This document shows positions 29,644-38,864 of a DNA stretch of 64,000 nt, piece after piece. A program made the translations under genes and the position numbers. The stretch lies in the NCBI GenBank assembly GCA_965222225.1, contig CBDCTK010000002.1:5472001-5536000 (forward strand), in the 5' to 3' direction. The notes under the pieces were generated by a model. It searched no databases. It saw only the letters and a list, made by a program, of their open reading frames with translations, and was not told the DNA's origin. Each line of letters opens with the position of its first letter. Within the stretch, counting starts at the first letter, position 1. The stretch comes from Candidatus Poribacteria bacterium (GTDB taxonomy: Bacteria; Poribacteria; WGA-4E; JAJDTR01).

Positions 29644-30030
29644 ATGCGAAGGAAAGAGTTGATGTTTGGAGTGTTTTGCGGTGCTGTCGGGGCGATTCTA
29701 ACAACGGCAGTGGGGTTGTTCACGCCTCTCGTAGCGCAGAATGATGTAATGGATGCGAAGTTCGATACGGTAAACTGTAGGACGTTAATTGTGGAAGATG
29801 AGGATGGTAAACACGATGTGGTTATCTTTGGAGGCAGCGTTATCGCGCATGGGGAAGGCGAGGGGCGTGTGAGGATGGGCGCCGGCGTCATTGCTGGAGA
29901 AGCTGGTGGTCATGTCATAGTGTATGGACGCGATGAAAAAAACGTCGCGAAGATGGCGGCTGAAGAAGATGGCGGTTTTGTTTCCGTGTTTAGTAAGGAC
30001 GGAACAGGAAACATCTTAATGCCGAAGTAA
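29644..30030 (+). CDS. Secreted beta-repeat family protein, copy 7
   Basis: Leader almost identical to copy 4; FDTVNC; GGHVIVYG and GGFVSVFSKDG repeats. Confidence 0.85.
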   Translation: MRRKELMFGVFCGAVGAILTTAVGLFTPLVAQNDVMDAKFDTVNCRTLIVEDEDGKHDVVIFGGSVIAHGEGEGRVRMGAGVIAGEAGGHVIVYGRDEKNVAKMAAEEDGGFVSVFSKDGTGNILMPK

Positions 30031-30041
30031 GGTGATGAACC

Positions 30042-30206
30042 TTGGATAGATTGGCAATTAGACAAGAGAACGCAATGGCTATCGGTGGTTCCACGAAGGA
30101 TTTCATTCAAGCCGGCGTTTCGGAAAACTCGCTGCAGGCGTATCGTCGGGGGTTGTTGGAACTGGACAAGTGGATAACGACGGCGGGACAGTTTCAAATG
30201 AACTGA
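30042..30206 (+). pseudogene. Tyrosine-recombinase N-terminal remnant
   Basis: LDRLAIRQENAMAIGGSTKDFIQAGVSENSLQAYRRGLLELDKWI aligns with the 27059 and 19903 sequences. Confidence 0.85.
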
Positions 30207-30332
30207 GCGGATAGATCGGACGAGCGGACAGCTAGTGCGAAAGCCATCTCACTTCATTGACCATCCTATAGCTTCAAGGGCTTAACTGACCATTAATCAC
30301 TAACCGCTAGACACTTAACAAAAATAGGCATC

Positions 30333-31781
30333 ATGGCGGATTCGCGCCCCAATTTAATACTAATCATGTGCGATCAGATGCGGTGGGATGCTGCCGGATT
30401 CGCCGGAAGTTCCACGGTTCAGACTCCTCACCTCGATCGGTTGGCAGCGAACGGTGTTTGCTTTGAAAACGCTTATTGCGCATCCCCGGTTTGTTCACCT
30501 GCTCGCGCGAGTTGGTTGAGCGGTCTATATCCGCATGCCCATCTTCAACTGCGAAATTATGGTTCCGCTAGGATGGGCAAGTTCGGTTGCTATCTACCTC
30601 CCGATTGCATAACTATCGGTGATGTTCTCAAAGCTGCCGGCTACCGCTGCGGCATGGTAGGTCCATGGCATCTGGGCGAAGACCACAATCCACAACACGG
30701 GTTCACCGATTTCTGGCGCGCCTATCGTTATCAGGGCGATTACCCGGATCCGTTGTTTGATTATTTTGAACAGGAAGGGGTTCCAAACCTCTATCTCCCG
30801 GACGCGCCCGGGATGACGCTCTATGAAAATACGCTAGAATTTGGTACAATAGACGACCCTCGGCAGCAACGAACCACTTGGACGGTTGACCGGGGTATCG
30901 AATTCATCCAGGGGGCAGATGGAGCGCCATTCTTTCTATTTGCCAGTATCAAGGACCCGCATCCCAGAATCTTGGTACCGCCCGAGCTTCTAGAACACTA
31001 TCCGGAAGATCAGATACGACTCTCTTCCTCCTTGCGGGATTCACTTGAGGGAAAACCCGAGTTTCAGAAAAGGGGAAAATTTCGCATTCGTCCGACGGTA
31101 ACCGACGAGCAATTTCGCCGGATGATGGCTTACTATTACGCCCTCATTACGCACATTGATGCTGAAGTCGGGCGTATCCTCAAAACGCTTGAAGAACGAA
31201 ATCTTATTGACAACACGATAGTCGTCTTCATTAGCGATCACGGTGAGTTGCTAGGCGACCACGGCTATGTGGAGAAATGCCTAATGTATGAGGCGTCGGT
31301 ACGAGTGCCGTGCCTAATCTCATGGCCCGAGCAGTTGCCGAGCGGGGCCCGCGTCACTGCGCCGCTCGCCGGTGTCGATTTAATGCCGACGTTGCTCGAC
31401 CTCGTAAATGAAGTTCCGCCAACACCAATTGATGGGCACTCCGTAGCAGAGGCGATTCTGAATGGACGAGAGCCTGAGCGCCAGCCGATCTTCGCCGAAA
31501 TCGCCAGTCTTAACGCGATTTATCATGGTGCTCAAGAGCCGGAACAGCTTGCTGCCCACGTAATGGTGCGTGATGAGAATTGGAAATACATTTGGAACCG
31601 TTTCGATATCGACGAACTGTACGACTTGAATGCAGACCCGGGTGAGATGAAAAATGTCGCCAGCGATTCCGATCAGCGCAATCGGGCTGCATTGATGCGT
31701 GAGCAAATCGTCGAGATGATTTGCCATACAGGTCCCGGCCCCTACGAATGGTGTTTACTTGAAAGAGAAAAGAATGAGTAG
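30333..31781 (+). CDS. Sulfatase (Cys-type, formylglycine-dependent)
   Basis: PNLILIMCDQ, CSPARAS (CxPxR), SDHGE and ELYDLNADPGEMKN motifs. Confidence 0.95.
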   Translation: MADSRPNLILIMCDQMRWDAAGFAGSSTVQTPHLDRLAANGVCFENAYCASPVCSPARASWLSGLYPHAHLQLRNYGSARMGKFGCYLPPDCITIGDVLKAAGYRCGMVGPWHLGEDHNPQHGFTDFWRAYRYQGDYPDPLFDYFEQEGVPNLYLPDAPGMTLYENTLEFGTIDDPRQQRTTWTVDRGIEFIQGADGAPFFLFASIKDPHPRILVPPELLEHYPEDQIRLSSSLRDSLEGKPEFQKRGKFRIRPTVTDEQFRRMMAYYYALITHIDAEVGRILKTLEERNLIDNTIVVFISDHGELLGDHGYVEKCLMYEASVRVPCLISWPEQLPSGARVTAPLAGVDLMPTLLDLVNEVPPTPIDGHSVAEAILNGREPERQPIFAEIASLNAIYHGAQEPEQLAAHVMVRDENWKYIWNRFDIDELYDLNADPGEMKNVASDSDQRNRAALMREQIVEMICHTGPGPYEWCLLEREKNE

Positions 31782-33435
31782 ATATCTTTCAATTTGTGTA
31801 CTCGTAGTTATTTGCTGGAGTGGGGACGCATCTAGAAGTGTCAAGGCTGACGAGGGAGAAGGAATTGAGGGGCTTGCCGAGGCGATACCTATCCTAGGAA
31901 AACAAGCCAAAAAGGAAAGTTTGGAGACCCTAGTCCCTCTTGAGATCGGTCTCAAGAAACAACTGCTTGTTGATGACTACATCGTTGCCGAAAAGAGGAA
32001 TGTTACGCGCGAACTTGGCAAAATCACTAGAGAAAATAATGGCAAACCTGTCATGGTTGCAGACAAACCTTGGGAACACGCCAATCGCCTCGGTTTCTAT
32101 ATGACCGTGCTACGAGATGAGAAACATGACAGATTTAAGATGTGGTACCTCGCCCAACACGGCGGTTGGCAGGATTTCAACGGATTCAACACGAAAATAG
32201 GGTCGGCAGACGTAGATATTTCAGGCGTCGGCTATGCGGAGAGCATTGATGGGCTAAGCTGGATAAGACCTCCGCAGGATGTTTTCACATACGACGAGAT
32301 TGTACATGAAACTCCCGCTCAACCCGACATGCCGACAAACATCGTGATACGAGCCCAGTCGTTCAGTTGCTTTATTGACCCGACAGTTCTTTGGGGCGCA
32401 CCGGATAAATACAAAGCGGCATTCGATAACCCCGTGGATCAAAGACCGGACGGAGGGGATGTCGCCTGTTCGTGTTTGGCGTATTCTCCCGATGGCATTC
32501 ACTGGACATATTACAACAAAGGGGAGCGTGTTACCTATCGTGCGGCGGATACGCAGAATCAGATATTGTGGGATCCAATAGGTGAGCGATACCTTCTCGT
32601 TACCCGCCACGATCTTGCTGGAGATGGTGGCGAGCAAAAAGAGACGCGCGGCACCCGGGTAATGGCGCACCACAAGGGCAACGACTTAATCAATCATCCA
32701 ACGGCGTGGCAGGACCTTCAAATCCTTGCACTTGATGAACGGAAACGACGTCAAATTCATGCCTTGACCGTCTGGCCCTACGAGGGAGTGTATTTCGGTT
32801 TTATCGGCGCCTATGAATTTTTGACGGATGATGACTTTAGTAGTACGCCGGGAGACTTGGAAACCCGGCATGAAGAAAACATCGTTAACTTCTATATTAC
32901 GACCAGTCGTGATGCTGTTGATTGGGATATGAGTTGGGTTTATGCCTCCGAAGCCCTGATTCCCCGCGGACCTGCCGGTAGTTTCGATAAAGACGGCATC
33001 CACGTCCCCAACCTGATTACTTATAACGACCGTCACTGGCTCTTCTACTGCGGCATGTCGGAACGGTTTGGTCACGACGATCCACAAGGCGTCATGGGGA
33101 TTGGACTTGCAGCGCTGCGGCTTGATGGGTTCGTCTACCTTGAGGCGAAGGAGAAACCGGGAACAGTTGTAACGAAACCGTTTGAGTTGCGCGGGCGTAA
33201 GCTTCAGGTAAATGTCGAGGCCCCGGATGGGGAACTGCGTGTTGAGGTATTAGATGCGAAGGGTAACCCCCGCATAGGGTTTTCCGGCAGCCATGCAGAG
33301 GCGTACACCGGAATTGATGAATTGAGATTTGAAGCGTCGTGGGCGGGACACGACCTGTCAGCATTGGTCGGAGAGATAATACAACTGAAGTTTAGCCTTA
33401 GAAACGCGAGGCTTTACGCGTTTCAGATTCTGTGA
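31774..33435 (+). CDS. Secreted beta-propeller glycoside-hydrolase-like protein
   Basis: Signal peptide, KQLLVDDY, Asp-box-like repeats, RAADTQNQI, LRLDGF and RLYAFQ; paralog of 21917-23458. Confidence 0.72.
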   Translation: MSRYLSICVLVVICWSGDASRSVKADEGEGIEGLAEAIPILGKQAKKESLETLVPLEIGLKKQLLVDDYIVAEKRNVTRELGKITRENNGKPVMVADKPWEHANRLGFYMTVLRDEKHDRFKMWYLAQHGGWQDFNGFNTKIGSADVDISGVGYAESIDGLSWIRPPQDVFTYDEIVHETPAQPDMPTNIVIRAQSFSCFIDPTVLWGAPDKYKAAFDNPVDQRPDGGDVACSCLAYSPDGIHWTYYNKGERVTYRAADTQNQILWDPIGERYLLVTRHDLAGDGGEQKETRGTRVMAHHKGNDLINHPTAWQDLQILALDERKRRQIHALTVWPYEGVYFGFIGAYEFLTDDDFSSTPGDLETRHEENIVNFYITTSRDAVDWDMSWVYASEALIPRGPAGSFDKDGIHVPNLITYNDRHWLFYCGMSERFGHDDPQGVMGIGLAALRLDGFVYLEAKEKPGTVVTKPFELRGRKLQVNVEAPDGELRVEVLDAKGNPRIGFSGSHAEAYTGIDELRFEASWAGHDLSALVGEIIQLKFSLRNARLYAFQIL

Positions 33436-33566
33436 GACGCATGACTACGCCAATGAGTATCGTGGATGCGCTTAAACAATGTACAACGCTAGTGATGCTC
33501 ACTCCATTGTTAAACTGTTGCTTGGGACTAGGCTGTAGGGTTTCACGCTGTTAGGAGTGTTACAAT

Positions 33567-34544
33567 ATGGTTAATTTCGCAGTTGTCGGCTTGGGCATGG
33601 GGAATAACCGTGCGCGGATGATTAAGAACACGGATGGAGCCGAATTGAAATGTGTTGTCGATCTACAGGCGGACCTTGCAAAAAAAACGGCTGAAAACCT
33701 GGATACCGACTGGGGGACGGATTTAGACGACGTTCTTGGCCGGGCTGACATTGATTGTGTGATGGTGATGACGCCAAGCGGAACCCATGCCGAGATTGGC
33801 ATACGCGTTGCGAAGGCTGGAAAACACGTAATCACTACAAAGCCAATGGATGTAAGCACGCAAGCCTGCGATCAACTCATCGCCGCCTGCAACGAAGCGG
33901 GCGTCAAGCTCGCCGTTGATTATCAAAGCCGCTATGTGGACAACAACTATCGTGTTGCCGAAGCCCTCCGGCGAGGGTGGCTTGGCAGACCGATTTTGGG
34001 AGAGGTGCGTTTCAAATGGTTCCGATCTGACGACTACTTCGAACATAACGGCGGTTGGCGGGGTACCTGGCAGATGGATGGTGGCGGCTCTCTGGCGAAC
34101 CAAGGCGCCCATCTACTTGATGTTATCTCTTGGTTCATGGGCGATTTTGAATCCGCCTACGGCGAGATGGCGATTATGAACCACGACATCGAAACCGAAG
34201 ATATCGGGCTAGCCATCGTACATTTCAAGAATGGCGCAAAAGGAGTCATCGTTGGCACGACGACTTTTCCCACGAATGCCTATTTCAGCGCGGAGGTGCA
34301 CGGTACGGATGGCGGGATTCTGATTGAGGATGTGCTTAACGGCAAGATGCGTGTTTTTGGGGAAGGATTGGAAGAACGGCTTCAGCAAATCAACAACCCG
34401 ATTCATAATATTATCGAAGATTTTGTGAAAGCGGTTGAGGAGGGCGGGAACGTGAGGGTTGATGGCAGAGAAGGTCGTCGCACGGTCGCACTCTTGGAAA
34501 AAATCTATGAGTCCGCTCGAACGGGGAAGACCGTTAGCGCATGA
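33567..34544 (+). CDS. Gfo/Idh/MocA-family oxidoreductase
   Basis: VVGLGMG Rossmann motif, GKHVITTKP, WRGTW..DGGG.L.NQG.H. Confidence 0.92.
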   Translation: MVNFAVVGLGMGNNRARMIKNTDGAELKCVVDLQADLAKKTAENLDTDWGTDLDDVLGRADIDCVMVMTPSGTHAEIGIRVAKAGKHVITTKPMDVSTQACDQLIAACNEAGVKLAVDYQSRYVDNNYRVAEALRRGWLGRPILGEVRFKWFRSDDYFEHNGGWRGTWQMDGGGSLANQGAHLLDVISWFMGDFESAYGEMAIMNHDIETEDIGLAIVHFKNGAKGVIVGTTTFPTNAYFSAEVHGTDGGILIEDVLNGKMRVFGEGLEERLQQINNPIHNIIEDFVKAVEEGGNVRVDGREGRRTVALLEKIYESARTGKTVSA

Positions 34545-34733
34545 GGTAACTGCTACAACGCTTTACATGAAGCGCAGCGATTCCGATGGATACTCGGATA
34601 TTGTACATGATTATTTTGCGCAAGGGAGTTCAATTCAAGAGTAATCAATTAGCCAAGCACAAGAAAAGTCGCTCAAAGAGCCGGCGTGGTCTTTTCCCGC
34701 CAAGAGTCGTGTGGGTGACATCGTGAGGTATAC

Positions 34734-35483
34734 ATGAACGAAGAAGAACGCTATCTTTTTGATCTGTGGGGCTATCTGGTTGTGGAAGATGTTTTAAGCA
34801 AAGCGGTGCTTGCGGAGTTAACGCACCTGATTAGCCATCAATACGACGCTGAACCGAATAATGAGGACATCTACAGCCAACGGTTCGGTGGATTTCTCCA
34901 ATTGGAAAGCGATGCGTTTCGGAATCTACTAAATCATCCACGAATTATGCCATATCTCAAGGAACTGATAGGCGATGGTTTTCGGTTGGATCACATCTAT
35001 GGCATCGTAATGCGGAAGGGAAATCTCGGGCTAGACTTGCACAGCGGTGGAACACCGTATAATCCATCGGAGTATTATGTATGCCGAAATGGGCAGATGT
35101 ACAATGGTCTCACGGTTGCCTCGTGGGCGTTAACGGATATGCTCCCCAGACATGGTGGATTCTGTTGTATTCCGGGTAGTCACAAGAGCAATTTTTCATG
35201 TCCACCACAGTTGAAAGCTGTCACGAGTGCCCCTCAATGTATGAAGGGCATACATCAAAAAGCGGGAGATGTGGCAATTTTCACCGAGGCACTGGCCCAC
35301 GGCACGCTGCCATGGGAAGCAGACCATCCCCGGCTTTCGATTCTGGTGAAATACAGCCCGGGCCACGCTTCTTGGTCGCAGAAGCAGTATCCGGATGAAA
35401 TGCGCGCACAAATGAATTCGGAAGCCCAACGGCTCCTATTGGAACCCCCTTATGTCCATGGGCGGAAGCCGGTTGTGAACTAA
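34734..35483 (+). CDS. PhyH-family dioxygenase-like protein
   Basis: FDLWGYLVV, GGFCCIPGSHKSN and KAGDVAIFTEALAHG motifs. Confidence 0.85.
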   Translation: MNEEERYLFDLWGYLVVEDVLSKAVLAELTHLISHQYDAEPNNEDIYSQRFGGFLQLESDAFRNLLNHPRIMPYLKELIGDGFRLDHIYGIVMRKGNLGLDLHSGGTPYNPSEYYVCRNGQMYNGLTVASWALTDMLPRHGGFCCIPGSHKSNFSCPPQLKAVTSAPQCMKGIHQKAGDVAIFTEALAHGTLPWEADHPRLSILVKYSPGHASWSQKQYPDEMRAQMNSEAQRLLLEPPYVHGRKPVVN

Positions 35484-35568
35484 GCCGTACGGCAAAACTA
35501 CACGATTATTTTCACAATTCTGACCACAATGAGTCAGGCACATTTGACCTTCAAGGAGATTGAGTACC

Positions 35569-36339
35569 ATGCCCAAGCAACTTACCTGTGAGCAGCTTGA
35601 AGCCTATCACCGAGATGGTTACATTGCCGTCGAAGACCTAGTGTCGTCCAAAGAGGTTGACGAACTCGGTCGACGGCTCCGCGAATATACACATGACGGG
35701 AAACCGATGGGAGAAATCCGAATACAGGTTGAACCGCGTGTTGAAAGAGGGGAACTCAAAGTCGATCATCCGGGCGACGGGATTCGCAAAGTAGGGAACC
35801 TTGTCCAAGGAGACGATCTATACCGCGCCCTCGGCTTGCACGAGAACATAGTCGGCATAATTGAACAGATTTTGGGACCCGACATCAAAATATTCCGTAA
35901 TGATCTGTTGATGAAATCCCCCGAGGTCGGATCGCAGAAGGGCTGGCATCAAGATTCGCCATATTGGTCGATCAAGCCCATGGCGCTGTGTTCCTGCTGG
36001 TTTACCCTTGACGATGCGACGCCCGAGAACGGGTGTTTGGCCGCCCTCCGAGGTTGGCACAAAAAGGGGCCTCTCCCGCACGTCAAAGTCACGGATGATT
36101 TTGTCATTCAGGACGAATACAGGGACTCGTCTGATAGCGTTTTGGCGCCGGTTCGTGCAGGTGGCGGAGTGTTCTTCCATTCGTTACTCCCACACTACAC
36201 AGCGCCAAATCGTTCGAATAAGTGGCGACGCGCAATCGCCCTATCCTATATGTCGGCAAAGTCTCAATACACGAAAGAAGGGGAAAGTCCGGTCTACTTT
36301 CACGTGAAAGGGCAGACATACCCGGGATGCGTGCGCTGA
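35569..36339 (+). CDS. PhyH-family dioxygenase
   Basis: YHRDGYI, WHQDSPYW, LDDATPENGCL and HSLLPHYT..NRS..WRRA motifs; ATG follows AAGGAG. Confidence 0.92.
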   Translation: MPKQLTCEQLEAYHRDGYIAVEDLVSSKEVDELGRRLREYTHDGKPMGEIRIQVEPRVERGELKVDHPGDGIRKVGNLVQGDDLYRALGLHENIVGIIEQILGPDIKIFRNDLLMKSPEVGSQKGWHQDSPYWSIKPMALCSCWFTLDDATPENGCLAALRGWHKKGPLPHVKVTDDFVIQDEYRDSSDSVLAPVRAGGGVFFHSLLPHYTAPNRSNKWRRAIALSYMSAKSQYTKEGESPVYFHVKGQTYPGCVR

Positions 36340-36370
36340 GTATAACTGACAATAATCTAAGGAGAAAACA

Positions 36371-37471
36371 ATGGCACTGAAGATAACTTGGAAACAGGGA
36401 CCGGCATATCCGGCGTTGGTTAAGGGACCGTCGGCTGGAATCGTAGATGGACGGTTCTTGGTCGCCGGGGGGATGTCTTACCCCTGGCGCGAGGTAGAGT
36501 ACGGATTCTGGCTTGGGATTGACGAAGACACGGAGGCAATGCCGTCGCTTGTTGTTCCCGGCGAGCACATTGAGAGCGCTATTGGCAAATGGCATCCGCT
36601 TCCACATTTGCCGATAGGTCCTGGCTGGACCTCGGGCGCCGCGGTTGCCGGCGGTTTAGCTGTCGTGGGTGGGCGCCGCCGAGCGGTTGGGATGCGCGCC
36701 ATCGCGGATGCTTGGTTTCTGGATGTGAGAGGCGGGGAAACGACCTGGGAACGCCTTCCCGACCGACCCACTCCCGCTATGGTACCGACAACTTTCTCAC
36801 ATGGCGAGTTTCTTTACACCGCTTTCGGCACCGATTGGCAACCCCACGAACATTCGATTGAAGACCCGAACATCTACCGCATGGATGTCGGAAAACGTTC
36901 GGGCTGGGAAGTTCTCACTCAATTTCCCGGCAAACCCAGATGGTTTCCCGGAGTCACTATCTGCAACGGGAAACTGTACGTCATCAGCGGACGCGACCAA
37001 CCCGTGGGTGGAGTCAAGGATGTGCATCCCTATAACGCCCATAGAATAGGAGAGGATGGCACCGCGGTGTATGTAGCCTTTCGGGAAGTGTGGGAATACG
37101 ACCTACAGACAGGAGTATGGCAGGAGTTGCCGCGTCCACCGAGAGCCTTTGCCAGTGAGGCATTTACTGTAGAAAATCGATGGATTGTATTGACCGGCGG
37201 CGATAGTTGGGTAGTCTACCCCGAAGGTGTTTCAGTAGCCATAAAGAGCTATGAGTCGGAGCTTGACTTTTTCTGTTATTCGCACGAATCGTGGGCTTAT
37301 GATACGCAAACCGGCGAGTGGTCAGCACTAGATCCGCTTCCATACGGGGTGTGTTCACACAGGGTTGCGATATCGGGTAATCGCGTTTTCACAGTCGGCA
37401 ACGAGACCGTGGACAAGAAGCGAAGCAACGCATACGGAACAGTATTTGAAGGCACAATCGAAATCTCCTGA
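36371..37471 (+). CDS. Kelch-repeat beta-propeller protein
   Basis: Repeated hhhGG...YD...W..LP units (FLVAGG, LAVVGG, LYVISG, IVLTGG). Confidence 0.75.
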   Translation: MALKITWKQGPAYPALVKGPSAGIVDGRFLVAGGMSYPWREVEYGFWLGIDEDTEAMPSLVVPGEHIESAIGKWHPLPHLPIGPGWTSGAAVAGGLAVVGGRRRAVGMRAIADAWFLDVRGGETTWERLPDRPTPAMVPTTFSHGEFLYTAFGTDWQPHEHSIEDPNIYRMDVGKRSGWEVLTQFPGKPRWFPGVTICNGKLYVISGRDQPVGGVKDVHPYNAHRIGEDGTAVYVAFREVWEYDLQTGVWQELPRPPRAFASEAFTVENRWIVLTGGDSWVVYPEGVSVAIKSYESELDFFCYSHESWAYDTQTGEWSALDPLPYGVCSHRVAISGNRVFTVGNETVDKKRSNAYGTVFEGTIEIS

Positions 37472-37680
37472 TTTTTAGTTTCCGCAGGAACGAGCGGTTC
37501 TTCAATTAATGGGTTCTAACGTTGATAAGCCAACACAAGCATTGGGATAGGGAACACATACTGTCCCACTGAAGCTAAAAGAGTCATAATGCTGGCAATC
37601 CGAGTATTACCGTTGCCTAGGCTTATCGTATGGAAAATTACTGTTAATCAAGGGTAAATCCGGGAGGAGTGGTTGGCTTT

Positions 37681-38760
37681 ATGAAAACTTATCGAGCAGC
37701 TGTCATCGGTTGCAGCCGAATGGGAGCGTTCATTGACAACGAAGTGACAAGCTACCGCGGAATTAATCGGCCGTATTCGCACGCTGCCGGTTTCTATGCG
37801 GAGGATCGCACAGATCTTGTTGCGTGCGCCGATCTTCGTCCTTCCGTGATGGAAGAATTCGGTAGACGATACGACGTGCCGAAGCAACGACAGTACACCG
37901 ATTATCAAGAGATGATCCATCACGAGAATCTCGATATCGTGGGTGTGGCAACTCAACCTGAACAGCGCGCCGATGTTGTCATCTTTGCGGCGGAGCACGG
38001 TGTTAAGGCAATCTACGCTGAAAAAGCGATGGCAGCGTCAATGGATGAAGCAGACGCCATGGTGGAAGCAGTGGAGCGCAACGGTGTTGCCTTCAACTTG
38101 GGAACGAACAATCGCTGGCACACCGGCTTTGACAAGATGAAGGAGATTATCGACAGCGGCGAGTTGGGACAACTTCGGACGCTGATTGTCTACTCAAACC
38201 AAACTCTGTTTAACAAAGCGAGCCACAATTTTGATTTGCTGCTCCGATTGAACAGCGACTGTCCCGCCGAATGGGTGTCGGCGTATCTCCCGCGAGGCGA
38301 CGAACAGATTGATGGCGACACGGTGCTGGAAGATCCGGTCGGGCAAGGAACAATATATTGTCAGAACGGTGTGATGGCACATGCGCTCCTTGCTCCGTGT
38401 GGCGGATCCGAAGCGATTTGTGAGAAAGGGTGTGTGATGCGCTGGGACAGCCGCGAATGGGAGATTCGACGCTCAACCGATGTCCCGGGCTGGCGTACCT
38501 GCTTAATCTCTGATGCCTTTCCAGAGTTCGAACAAACTAGCACCACTGCCAATCTCATCAGAGACCTGATTCATGCATTGGACAGCGGCAATCCTGCCAC
38601 CAAAGGCGGTGTTCGGTGCGCCTATGCCAGCACAGAACTAATCTTTGCTTTTATGGAATCACATTTACGAAATGGCGAACGGATAAATCTTCCACTGAAG
38701 GGATCCAAGTTGCGTCTGAAGCGAGAACGAGGTCCTAATCAGCCAAGGTTTAAGTCGTAA
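37681..38760 (+). CDS. Gfo/Idh/MocA-family oxidoreductase
   Basis: AAVIGCSRMG, GVKAIYAEKAMA and GELGQL motifs. Confidence 0.88.
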   Translation: MKTYRAAVIGCSRMGAFIDNEVTSYRGINRPYSHAAGFYAEDRTDLVACADLRPSVMEEFGRRYDVPKQRQYTDYQEMIHHENLDIVGVATQPEQRADVVIFAAEHGVKAIYAEKAMAASMDEADAMVEAVERNGVAFNLGTNNRWHTGFDKMKEIIDSGELGQLRTLIVYSNQTLFNKASHNFDLLLRLNSDCPAEWVSAYLPRGDEQIDGDTVLEDPVGQGTIYCQNGVMAHALLAPCGGSEAICEKGCVMRWDSREWEIRRSTDVPGWRTCLISDAFPEFEQTSTTANLIRDLIHALDSGNPATKGGVRCAYASTELIFAFMESHLRNGERINLPLKGSKLRLKRERGPNQPRFKS

Positions 38761-38864
38761 ATAAACCTCGTCTTTACCTGCGGCATATCAACCAAGATTC
38801 CAAAGGCTCACATGGCGCGCAAAGAAAGACATTAGACTCCCAGTTACTGAAGGAGATTTTTTGT

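Noticed and set aside
26313-30210. Classical integron attC sites, CRISPR array or DGR
   Set aside because: One GTTGAGT matches GTTRRRY, but there is no complementary RYYYAAC box or attC hairpin. There are no regularly spaced short repeats or cas genes, no reverse transcriptase, and no adenine-specific variation pattern.
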